Shown here piece by piece: positions 47,155-62,792 of a stretch of DNA of 64,000 nucleotides. The number at the start of each line of letters is the position of its first letter. The stretch's first letter is position 1. The notes under the pieces were generated by a model. That model did no database searches, was not told the DNA's origin, and saw only the letters and a program-made list of their open reading frames with translations. A program made the translations under genes and the position numbers. Origin of the DNA: Myxococcales bacterium (lineage in GTDB: Bacteria; Myxococcota_A; Polyangia; Polyangiales; Polyangiaceae); assembly GCA_043747615.1 (NCBI GenBank), contig JAYTOU010000017.1:119249-183248 (forward strand), read 5' to 3'.

Positions 47155-50100
47155 ATGTACGGTCTTTACTCGATTCGACCGGTGTCTCTCGCCGTTCTCG
47201 GGGTGGCTCTCACCATCGCGCCGATCGCCTCGAGCGACGTCGGGCAGCGTCTCACGAAGCTCACAAAGCTCGGCCGCGAGGTGGAGTCCGCGCGCGGTCC
47301 GCTGTCGTACGCCGCGCTGCGCAAGGTGTGGCGCGAATGGGACCAGGGAAATCCGGCGGAGGTCGAAGAGATCCTCCACACGGTCGCTAGCGATACGGCC
47401 GAGCCTGCTCCCGTGCGCGCGTACGCAGGCCTTCTCGAAGCCTATGCCCGCAGGCGCAGCGGCGATCTCGATGGAGCGCGCGCGCGGGTGACAAAGCTCG
47501 GGTACGTGTCGCAATGGCTGGTCGTCGGGCCGTTCGACAACGAGGGAAAGTCGGGTCTCGATCGCGCGTTTGGTCCCGAGGATCAGAGCGAGCCGGCGAC
47601 GCTCACCCGCGCCTACGACGGCAAAGAACGGCCCGTGCACTGGCGCGCGGCCCCGTCGACGTCGCCCTACGGATGGTTCGACATGGGCGCTCTCTTGCGA
47701 CCAACCGAGAAGACGTGTGGCTACGCAGCCACCTACGTTCGCGACGAGCGCTTGAAGAAAGGCGGTTCGCGTCCAATCTCGCTCTGGGTCGGGAGCGCAG
47801 GGGCCGTGCGCGTGTGGTGGAATGGGAAAGAAGTTCTGCGCGACGAAAAATACCGCGACCTCGACGCGGAGCGCATGGCGACGACCGTTACCTTGCAGCC
47901 TGGGTACAACCGCATGCTAGTCAAGTCGTGCGGAGACGACGACGCACCGATGCTCACCGTGCGACTCGCCACCGCCGACGGCTTGCCGGATGAGCATCTC
48001 ACGGCAGATTCCGATCCTGTGCATGGTCCCGAGGCCCAGAGCTTGAAGGAGACGACGACCGCGGGGCACGTGGAAGGTCCTGTCCAGGCGTTCGATCGAC
48101 TCGTGAAGGGCGGCGATCCGAGCGTGCTCGAGGGGTACGCGCGCTACCTCGTCGCGACCCAATCCGACGATCCGAGCGAGCATCGCGCCCGCGAGCTTGC
48201 GCGCAAAGCGGCAGAGGCGAAGCCCACGATTCCGAGGCTCCTCCTCGCCGGCGAGCTCGCAGAGAATCGCAACCAGCGCGCCATCTGGATCGAGAAGGCC
48301 GAGGCGCTCGCGAAGCACGGAGCGAGCGAGGACGACAAGATGGACGTCCTTCTTGCGCGCGCGGCCCACGCCCGGAGCGGCTCGAACTGGCGCGACGCTG
48401 TCCCCTATTACGATCGCGCCCTTGCCCTCGATCCCGACGACGTGACCGGCGTCCTCGCGCGCTTCGAGCTTTACAGCGAAGCGAATTTGCGGGAGACGGC
48501 GCTCGGGTTTCTCGAACGCGCACTCGCGCGGCGTCCGAAGAGCGTGGCCCTCGTTCGCGCGATGGTCGGCGCGCTCCGCCAAGAGGACCGCACCACCGAA
48601 GCCGACGAGATGGAGGAGCGCTACGCGCAGCTTCGCTTCGACGACGCGGCCTTCACCAAGGGGCACATCGATCTCGCCATCGCCCAGCGTGACCCGGTCG
48701 CAGCCACGCGCTGGATCGAGCGCCTGCTCGCAACGAATCCGGACAGCTCGGCGACGATCGGTCTCGCGGCGCACAGCTACATGATCCTCGGAGACAAAGT
48801 CCGCGCCATCGCTCTCTACCGGCGAGCACTGGATCTGGCTCCGGAAGACACCGACGCCATGCAGTCACTCGCCGACGCCTACGCCCTCAGCGGCAAGTCC
48901 GCAGAGCAGCTCAAGCTCCTGCGTCAGATCGTGGTGCTCAAGCCGCAGTCGAAGGACGTACGCGAGTACCTGGCGCACATGGAGCCGTCGAAGCCGCGCG
49001 CCGATGAAGCGTACGCGCGATCAAGCGTCGAATTCTTGAAGCTGCGTGGAGCGGACGCGCGCGGGCAGAACAGGCGAACGCTCGTCAACCTCACGGTGAC
49101 CTCTGTCTTTGCCAACGGGCTCGCGAGCCGCTTTCATCAAGTCGTATTCCAACCACTCACCGACAGCGCCGCGGCCGAAGCGCGCGAGTACGCCTTCGGC
49201 TTCGAGGCCGACGCCGAAGCGGTGCAGCTGAGAGGCGCGCGCGTCTACCACGCGAACGGCCAAATCGAAGAAGCCATCGAGAGCGGCGAAGGCCCCGCGA
49301 ACAACGCAGCTCAGAGCATGTACACGAGCGCACGCGCGTTCTACGTGCATTTTCCCAGGCTCTCACCGGGAGACGTGGTCGAGCTCCAGTACCGCACGGA
49401 AGACGTCGCCGCACGAAACGCGTTCGCCGATTACTTCGGTGAGGTGACCTACATGCAATCGAGCGAGGCCGTCGCGCGCGCGGAGTACGTGCTCATCACT
49501 CCGAAGAGCCGGACGTTTTATTTCAACAAGCCGAACATCCCCGGTCTCAAGCAAACCACGACGGAAAAAGGGGATTCGCGCGTCTACCAGTTCGTCGCCG
49601 AGAACCTGGCGCCCGTCGAGCCCGAAGCCTCCATGCCACCGTACGGCGAGCTCCTCGGTCACGTCCACGTCTCGACGTACAAGAGCTGGGACGACATGGG
49701 GCGCTGGTACTGGGGTCTCGTCAAAGATCAATTCGTGGCCGACGACGAAGTGCGGAGGCGGGTCACGGAGGTCACCAAGGGGCTCACCGACGATCGTGCG
49801 AAGGCGCGTGCCGTCTACGACTACGTCGTCCAAAAAACACGCTACGTCGCGCTGGAGTTCGGCATCCACGGCTTCAAGCCTTACCGGTGCGCGCAGATTT
49901 TCGCGCGGGGCTTCGGCGACTGCAAAGACAAGGCGACGCTGATCGTCACCATGCTCAAGGAGCTGGGAATTCCTGCGACGATCGTGATCGTGCGCACGGG
50001 GCTGAGGGGGGCGTTCGAGACCTATCCGGCGAGCCTAGCGCCCTTCGATCACGCCATCGCGTACGTGCCCTCTCTCGACCTTTACCTCGACGGTACGGCG

Positions 50101-50841
50101 GAAGACACCGGGTCGCAGGAGCTCCCGGCCATGGATCGCGGCGCCTTCGCGATTCAGATCAATGAGGGCAAGCCGAAGCTCGTCAACCTGCCCGATCCGC
50201 CTGCTAACGAGAGCGTGATGGCGCGAAATCTCGTGGCAACGGTGAGCGCCGACGGTGGTGCCGTCATCGAATGGAAGGCGGTTGTCTCCGGCGTCTCGGC
50301 GAGCAGCTGGCGTCAGCGGTACCACGCCGAAGCGTCGCGCAAGCAGCGCGTGCAGGAAGATCTGGCGTCGGAGTTTGCGGGGCTCGAGATCGCTTCGGTC
50401 GAAGCCGGCAATTTCGAGGACATCGAGAGCAAGGTCACGTTGAAGGTGAAGGCGAAGGCGCCGCAGTTCGCGCGTCGCGAGGGCGAGCAGATGAGCATCC
50501 CGATCGGCCCACGCGATCACATGGTTCGCGAGTTTGCGCAGCTTTCGCAACGCAAGCTCGACATTCGGCTTCACGCTCACACGACGACGGAGAGCGACTG
50601 GACCATCCATCACCCCGCCGGAACGCGCGTCCTCGCGGCGCCCGCCAAGGCTGAGGGGACGAGCCCGTTCGGCGCCTTCCGCGTCGACGTGGAGGCAGGC
50701 CCCGCGACCACCCACGTGAAGACCACAGTGACGATGACCAAGACGCGCATCGCCGCCACGGAATACCCGGCGTTTCGCGCGTGGTGCGAGACTGTCGATC
50801 GCGCGCTCAACCAGAGGTTGCTCCTCGGGGGCGGCAAATGA
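47155..50841 (+). CDS. Exported beta-sandwich + TPR + DUF3857 + transglutaminase-like protein (catalytic triad present)
   Basis: Signal peptide, WLVVGPF..NG..LVK sandwich, TPR array, GDVVELQY, RYVALEFG, GDCKDKA, FDHAI, YLDGT. Confidence 0.85.
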   Translation: MYGLYSIRPVSLAVLGVALTIAPIASSDVGQRLTKLTKLGREVESARGPLSYAALRKVWREWDQGNPAEVEEILHTVASDTAEPAPVRAYAGLLEAYARRRSGDLDGARARVTKLGYVSQWLVVGPFDNEGKSGLDRAFGPEDQSEPATLTRAYDGKERPVHWRAAPSTSPYGWFDMGALLRPTEKTCGYAATYVRDERLKKGGSRPISLWVGSAGAVRVWWNGKEVLRDEKYRDLDAERMATTVTLQPGYNRMLVKSCGDDDAPMLTVRLATADGLPDEHLTADSDPVHGPEAQSLKETTTAGHVEGPVQAFDRLVKGGDPSVLEGYARYLVATQSDDPSEHRARELARKAAEAKPTIPRLLLAGELAENRNQRAIWIEKAEALAKHGASEDDKMDVLLARAAHARSGSNWRDAVPYYDRALALDPDDVTGVLARFELYSEANLRETALGFLERALARRPKSVALVRAMVGALRQEDRTTEADEMEERYAQLRFDDAAFTKGHIDLAIAQRDPVAATRWIERLLATNPDSSATIGLAAHSYMILGDKVRAIALYRRALDLAPEDTDAMQSLADAYALSGKSAEQLKLLRQIVVLKPQSKDVREYLAHMEPSKPRADEAYARSSVEFLKLRGADARGQNRRTLVNLTVTSVFANGLASRFHQVVFQPLTDSAAAEAREYAFGFEADAEAVQLRGARVYHANGQIEEAIESGEGPANNAAQSMYTSARAFYVHFPRLSPGDVVELQYRTEDVAARNAFADYFGEVTYMQSSEAVARAEYVLITPKSRTFYFNKPNIPGLKQTTTEKGDSRVYQFVAENLAPVEPEASMPPYGELLGHVHVSTYKSWDDMGRWYWGLVKDQFVADDEVRRRVTEVTKGLTDDRAKARAVYDYVVQKTRYVALEFGIHGFKPYRCAQIFARGFGDCKDKATLIVTMLKELGIPATIVIVRTGLRGAFETYPASLAPFDHAIAYVPSLDLYLDGTAEDTGSQELPAMDRGAFAIQINEGKPKLVNLPDPPANESVMARNLVATVSADGGAVIEWKAVVSGVSASSWRQRYHAEASRKQRVQEDLASEFAGLEIASVEAGNFEDIESKVTLKVKAKAPQFARREGEQMSIPIGPRDHMVREFAQLSQRKLDIRLHAHTTTESDWTIHHPAGTRVLAAPAKAEGTSPFGAFRVDVEAGPATTHVKTTVTMTKTRIAATEYPAFRAWCETVDRALNQRLLLGGGK

Positions 50842-53800
50842 GGGTTCCCATGCGCTCACGCCTCTACGTTCTTTCCCTCGCGGTCATCGCCGGATGCGCC
50901 TCGTCGCCGCCGCCGCTCGCAAGCACCGCGGCCATCGGCTCGATTCGCTCAGACGGAAAATCGTCTGACGACGGTGAGGTCGTCGGCCGCTGGGCGCTCA
51001 CGGAAATGTTCGCGCCTGGGGGAAACGCCGGCGAGATGAACGCCGCGGTGAAGCGTCTCGAGAAGGTGAAGCACGAGGGGATGTACGGAAGCTTGGCGCT
51101 CGCGCTCGGACGGGAAGCACACGGAGATCCCAAGGGCGCGGCCGAAGCCTTCGTCAGCACGTTGAAGGCGGTTGGGGTCAGCGAGGATCCCGACGCGCAG
51201 CTCGTCGGATGGGTCGCGGCTCATCGCCTGCACGCTCTTCGCGGATCGGTCGCGGAGCTCTTTTCACACTACAAAACAAGCGTCGACGCAATCGTGGCGC
51301 GACCCGGCGCTCTTGGGTGGCGCGCCGTCGCAGAGCTCGTCGACTGGTCGACGGGAGAGGCTCTCGACAAGGCCGAGGCCACGGGCGACGCCTACGATGC
51401 ACTCGTCAATGCGAAGGTGGGCTGCGCAAAAAACGTACGCATCGCCGGTCCTTTCGGGCGCGCGACCTCCGCCGATCGTCGTCGCCCGTTCGCGGCAGAG
51501 AAGCCTGGTCCTTGGCCGATCGCCTGGCCGGCGGACCCGATGCGCGGAACGCCTCCCCATGTCCTCAAGGTCGAGCACCATCGGTGTCTCACTGCGGCGA
51601 CGGAGCACGTTGACGAAGGAATTTTTTACGCCGAAACCTTCTTCACGAGCTTCGCTCCACGTGACGTGCTGGTCGCTGTACAGGGTGCCGTCAAAGTTTG
51701 GGTCGACGACACGCCGGTGCTCGATCGCGATCTGCGCGACTGGGGCGTCTGGCAGCGTTTCGGTTCGTACGTGCACGTCGGCGCGGGCCGCCATCGGGTG
51801 GTGGCGCGTCTCCTGACCGACGCGGCAACAGTGCGAATCTTGAACCGTGACGGAACCCCATCGAGCGTCAGCGTCGACAGCGACGACCGCCTCCCCTACT
51901 CCGTCGTGCCGCCCACGCTGCTCGAGGATCCCAACCCCGTTGCCGCGATCGTACGGGCGAAAAGGGCAAACTCTCCCGTTCAGGGTTTCCTCGCCGCAGA
52001 GATCGCACACATCGAGGCAATGGACGACGTGGCCAGCGCGCTCATCGAGCCTTTCGTAACGCCCACCGATGCCGGGCCGCTCGCTCTCGACGCCGCGGGG
52101 CAATACGCGCGCACGGACGTAGCTTTCCCGGAGGACGTGCGAAGACGTAACGAGCAGGGATTTCGCACGCGTGCGGTCGCCAAGGATTCGAAGATTTGGT
52201 ACTCGCGGGCCTGGCTCGCACTGGATCAAGCGGAGCAGAAGGGGCTCATCGAAGGGGTCGAGCCGCTGCGCAGGCTGGCCGACGAGTTCCCTGGTGAACC
52301 TGAAATTCTCGAGGGACTGAGCCGTCTCTACACGCGACTCGGGTGGAGGAGCGAGCGCATGTCCGCTCTGCAGGATCTCGGAAGGCGCTTCCCCGACGAC
52401 GTGGGCGCGCTTCGCGCTTACCTCGGAGTGCTCGAAGAAGATGGTCCCCTCACCGAGGCCGACGTCGTCGCAGCACGCATCAAGAAGCTCGATCCCGACG
52501 CGGAGGTGGAGCTCGATCGCGCGCTCGCGAGGCACGACTGGAAGGCCGCCATCTCCGAGCTCGAGCGCCTCGGCAAACGCCGCCCGGATCGCAAGGAGAT
52601 CGCCGGCCGCATCGCCGACGTCCTCGAACGCGCGGGCGATCCGAGCGCCGCGGCGACCCAGCTCAGTAAAGCTCTGGCAAAGAATCCGGAGGACGCAACA
52701 GCCCGCTTTCGCCTGGCCGATCGAGCCTTCGCCAACGGGGATGTCTACGCGCTCCGGCACGCGCTTGCCGAGTCACTTCAAGCAGGGGCGAGCGCGGAGG
52801 CGTTGCGCGAAGCGATTTCCCTCGTCGAGGGAGCGGTCAGCCTCGAGCCGTACCGCATGGACGGGCGCGCGATCGTCAAAGAATTCGAGCGCTGGGAAAA
52901 AGGCGGCAAGCACATGGACGGCAACGCCGCGCGTGTGCTCGATTACTCCGCGCTGTGGGTTCACCCCGATGGCTCGAGTGAGATGCTAGAGCACGAAATT
53001 CAGCGTATTCAGTCCCAGGAAGCGGTGGGGAAAGAGGCCGAGCAGCCCCCGCCGACGGGGCTCGTTCTGCGAATGCGCGTGATGAAGCCCGATGGCTCGG
53101 TGCTTGAGCCTGAGCCGATCGCGGGCAAGCCCACGTTGACCATGCCGCACCTCGAAGTGGGCGACTACCTCGAGATCGAGCACGTCACCCCCACCAACGG
53201 CGACGGCGAGAAGGGCAAACGCTACCGGGGACCGCAGTGGTTCTTCCGCGAGGCCGACAAGGGCTACTGGCGGAGCGAGTTCGTCGCGGTCACGCCGAAG
53301 GATCGCCCTCTCGAGATCGAAACTCTCGGGAGCGTCGGGACTCCGAAGGTGAAGGACATCGGCACGTTCATCGAGCGCAGGTGGCGCGTCGACGAGAGCC
53401 CGCCTTCGATCGAAGAGCCCGACAGCCCGAGGCCCACGGAGTTCTTGCCGAGCGTGCGAATCGGCTGGGGAATTTCGCTCGCAGAATCGCTTGAGCGCCT
53501 GGTCGACGCCGCGTCGGACGAAACGCCCCTCGATCCTCGCCTTCACAAGATCGCGATCGACATCGTGCATGGTGTTCCGGCGAGCGACAGCGACGAGCGC
53601 GCACGCCTTCTCTACCGCCATGTCCTCGCCCACGTGGAAGAGGGCAAAGAGAGCGACGGCCGCCGCGTGATCACGGGCCGTAGCGGCTCGCGCCAAGCGG
53701 GCTTCATTCATCTCTGCCGGCAGCTCGGGATCCCGGTGGAGCTTGCGCTCGTGAAGAATCGGCTGGCGATGCCTCCGCTCGGCAAGATGAGCGAGGTCGA

Positions 53801-54605
53801 GAATTACGACGGGATCGTCCTTCGCTTGAAGACGAACAGGGGCGTCCGCTGGCTCACGGTGCACGACAAATTCTCGCCATTTGGCTATGTGCCTAGCGAG
53901 CTTCGCGGCCAGGAGGCATTTCGCCTGATCCCGGGAACGCCGAAGGAAATGACCGCCTACGCCGGGGCGACCGACGGCGTGACGTTCGAAGGAAGCGCGA
54001 CGCTGAAGGAAGATGGCTCGGCGACGATCGAGCTCGCGCAGAGCTTCGCCGGCAAGGTAGGGGCGACGATGCGCAACGTCTTCGACAAGATCCCCGAGTC
54101 GCAGCAGCACGACTTCGTGGAGGGACGCCTCCTCGGGCGGAATTTCCCGGGAGCGCGTATTCGCGACGTGAAAATCGAAAATCGGGAAGCCCTCGACCTC
54201 CCGCTCATCGTGCGTATGACGGGGGACGCTCCGCAGGTCGCTCGCTTGGTCGGGGGCAACATGTCAGTGAAGTCACTGTTCCCGATGCGCATTGCGCAGC
54301 TCGCCTCGCTCCCTACCCGACAAACCCCGCTGCTTCTCGGCGCTGCGTCGCATGTCGAAGTAAAATTCGACATCGTGGTTCCGGAGTCGATGCGGATGCC
54401 CACGGTCCTCCCGAGCGGCGAAGCGCGGGACGGGGAGCGCATCGTTAGAGTGACCGACACCATCCGCGGACGCGCCGTGCACATGGACATCTTTGTCGAC
54501 ATCGCTGCGGGGCGGATCACACCGGGCGCGGAGTACGCCAAGTTCCAACGCTTCGCTCAGGACGCCGACAGCCTCGTGGAGCGCGAGCTCGTGCTCGGCC
54601 GCTGA
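50838..54605 (+). CDS. Lipoprotein paralogue of the preceding gene: sandwich + TPR + DUF3857 + degenerate transglutaminase domain
   Basis: ATGA overlap, lipobox IAGC, IAGPF, TPRs, LEVGDYLE. GSRQAG stands where GDCKDK is expected. Confidence 0.8.
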   Translation: MRVPMRSRLYVLSLAVIAGCASSPPPLASTAAIGSIRSDGKSSDDGEVVGRWALTEMFAPGGNAGEMNAAVKRLEKVKHEGMYGSLALALGREAHGDPKGAAEAFVSTLKAVGVSEDPDAQLVGWVAAHRLHALRGSVAELFSHYKTSVDAIVARPGALGWRAVAELVDWSTGEALDKAEATGDAYDALVNAKVGCAKNVRIAGPFGRATSADRRRPFAAEKPGPWPIAWPADPMRGTPPHVLKVEHHRCLTAATEHVDEGIFYAETFFTSFAPRDVLVAVQGAVKVWVDDTPVLDRDLRDWGVWQRFGSYVHVGAGRHRVVARLLTDAATVRILNRDGTPSSVSVDSDDRLPYSVVPPTLLEDPNPVAAIVRAKRANSPVQGFLAAEIAHIEAMDDVASALIEPFVTPTDAGPLALDAAGQYARTDVAFPEDVRRRNEQGFRTRAVAKDSKIWYSRAWLALDQAEQKGLIEGVEPLRRLADEFPGEPEILEGLSRLYTRLGWRSERMSALQDLGRRFPDDVGALRAYLGVLEEDGPLTEADVVAARIKKLDPDAEVELDRALARHDWKAAISELERLGKRRPDRKEIAGRIADVLERAGDPSAAATQLSKALAKNPEDATARFRLADRAFANGDVYALRHALAESLQAGASAEALREAISLVEGAVSLEPYRMDGRAIVKEFERWEKGGKHMDGNAARVLDYSALWVHPDGSSEMLEHEIQRIQSQEAVGKEAEQPPPTGLVLRMRVMKPDGSVLEPEPIAGKPTLTMPHLEVGDYLEIEHVTPTNGDGEKGKRYRGPQWFFREADKGYWRSEFVAVTPKDRPLEIETLGSVGTPKVKDIGTFIERRWRVDESPPSIEEPDSPRPTEFLPSVRIGWGISLAESLERLVDAASDETPLDPRLHKIAIDIVHGVPASDSDERARLLYRHVLAHVEEGKESDGRRVITGRSGSRQAGFIHLCRQLGIPVELALVKNRLAMPPLGKMSEVENYDGIVLRLKTNRGVRWLTVHDKFSPFGYVPSELRGQEAFRLIPGTPKEMTAYAGATDGVTFEGSATLKEDGSATIELAQSFAGKVGATMRNVFDKIPESQQHDFVEGRLLGRNFPGARIRDVKIENREALDLPLIVRMTGDAPQVARLVGGNMSVKSLFPMRIAQLASLPTRQTPLLLGAASHVEVKFDIVVPESMRMPTVLPSGEARDGERIVRVTDTIRGRAVHMDIFVDIAAGRITPGAEYAKFQRFAQDADSLVERELVLGR

Positions 54606-54624
54606 GATTAGCGCGTTGCGTCGT

Positions 54625-55095
54625 TCAGGCTTTTTTGTTGAGAGTAATGCTGACGTCGGAAGACAGACCAGTACCGCGGCCCGTGCCGTACACACTGCCG
54701 GGCTGTGGACGCGCCATGCGAGCGTCGTACTCGAGGTCGGGTTTTCCGCCTTCGATCCAAGCAACGACGAGCGGCGACCGTGCTCCGCTCGCGGTCTGAC
54801 GAAGCTCGAGCAGATTCACCTTCACGCCGTCTCGGAGCTCAGCGGCGGTGACCGCGCGCTGGATGGAACCAACAGGCTTGGCGCGCTCGCCCGGGAGCTT
54901 GGCCCCCTCTGCGTCGTACGACTGGACGATGAGACGGAAGGATTCTTTGCCCGAGGTGGGGACCGAATCTGAGCGAACGAGCGCGTGGACGGTATCCGCG
55001 GCGGTGTCGGCGCCAAGGGTGGTGGCCGCAAGAAGCGCCAACCATGAACCGGCATTTCGGACGGTTTGAGCGGGGGTGCGTTTGCGGGCGGCCAT
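54625..55095 (-). CDS. Hypothetical exported protein
   Basis: Basic N-terminus plus hydrophobic helix, beta-rich mature part. Confidence 0.65.
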   Translation of the reverse strand: MAARKRTPAQTVRNAGSWLALLAATTLGADTAADTVHALVRSDSVPTSGKESFRLIVQSYDAEGAKLPGERAKPVGSIQRAVTAAELRDGVKVNLLELRQTASGARSPLVVAWIEGGKPDLEYDARMARPQPGSVYGTGRGTGLSSDVSITLNKKA

Positions 55096-55107
55096 GCGTA
55101 TCGTCTT

Positions 55108-55123
55108 TGCGATCTTCGTGCCA
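55108..55123 (-). promoter_or_regulatory. Sigma54 (-24/-12) promoter
   Basis: Minus strand TGGCACGAAGATCGCA (GG-N10-GC), 12 nt before ATG 55095. Confidence 0.65.
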
Positions 55124-55383
55124 GGGTTCAAGGCCGGCGCTCGTTCCGCCGATCACTGCAAACTAAGGCGGTTTCTCACAAACGCGCGTCCCCCACGAAA
55201 GATCTCCGGCTGTCCGGGGACGGAATCGGGTGGCCCCATGGACACATCGGGAAAATGGGCGCGCGCTCAAGCAATTTCGTTCGCAGCCGGCGAAACGGCA
55301 GTGGCGAAATCGTCCGGCAAGGCATTTTCGCCTCGCACAGTTTTGGCGTGACTGAGCCTAACCGGCCGCAGCTCTGCAAAGTG

Positions 55384-57999
<2,616 letters not shown>

Positions 58000-58062
58000 C
58001 ACCCGCCAAAGTAAGACCACGCCTTGCACACGCAAGAGTGATCGCCGCGCCAAATCAGCGCT

Positions 58063-58935
58063 TCAAAATGCGGGAATGCAGCCGCCGCTCTTATTGGACC
58101 ACAGCTGAGTGACCGTCCACCCTTCGACGCCGATCGGTTGGTTGCAGAGGTCCCCGATTTCTCCGCCGGCGTTTTGCACCTCCTTGTCGCTGTACCAGCC
58201 GTACTGAGGGAGCGGGTCGGTCGCCATCTCGGCGAGCTCGTGGGAAATGGTGACGGCGCTCCGCCCGAAGCGGCAGGGAGGGATGATGGAGTACGGCTCT
58301 TTGCTGTCGTGCGAGTGGTAGCCGCCGGCCTGGATGCACGTCTGATCGGCTCCCCCGAGCCTCACGTTGATGTGATCGGGGAGCATGAAGAGGTACGCCT
58401 TGGACGGGGGTATGAGGGGGGCGCCCGCATCGCCGGCGTCTGCTCCTGAGTCCTGCGGGGGCGGATGGAGAAGGGCGAGAATCCGCTGGTCGAGCACGTC
58501 GTAGTCAATCAGCTCGTTCTGCACCATTCCCGGTAAAAATACGGCCGACGTGGGGATGCGCACGCTCCCGTCGAAGATCCCGGGCTGCACGCCGTACTCT
58601 TTCATGAGGCCCCAGTAGTCGCTCTTCACGAGCCAGGTCACGAAGTCGTCGATTCTCGGAGGGCCGTCGACGCCTTCTTCGCCGATGTAGACGACGCGGA
58701 GGTGCATATTCGCGAGGATCTCGCGAGCGTGCGGCGACATGCGATCGAGGCGTGCGTCCGGCATGTCGAAGACCACGTCTGGGGGGCCGGTGTCGCGATG
58801 AGCAACGGGGATTACGCCTGCTTCACCGGCATCGCCCGGATCGGTCTCGGTAGAGCCGCCGCACGACGCGGCGAAGGCTCCCACGCACAGGACCGCGGCC
58901 ACCACCGATCCACTGCGATACGTGCGACGCTTCAT
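58063..58935 (-). CDS. Lipoprotein with Phi-1/EXORDIUM-like C-terminal domain
   Basis: Lipobox AASC, GGYH, SHELAEMATDP, GWY, GGEIGDLC, QLWSN..C. Confidence 0.65.
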   Translation of the reverse strand: MKRRTYRSGSVVAAVLCVGAFAASCGGSTETDPGDAGEAGVIPVAHRDTGPPDVVFDMPDARLDRMSPHAREILANMHLRVVYIGEEGVDGPPRIDDFVTWLVKSDYWGLMKEYGVQPGIFDGSVRIPTSAVFLPGMVQNELIDYDVLDQRILALLHPPPQDSGADAGDAGAPLIPPSKAYLFMLPDHINVRLGGADQTCIQAGGYHSHDSKEPYSIIPPCRFGRSAVTISHELAEMATDPLPQYGWYSDKEVQNAGGEIGDLCNQPIGVEGWTVTQLWSNKSGGCIPAF

Positions 58936-58973
58936 GGCCGGCAAGCATGACTCTGCGGCCCGTGCCGCGCGAC

Positions 58974-62779
<3,806 letters not shown>

Positions 62780-62792
62780 GTCGCCGTGCCCG

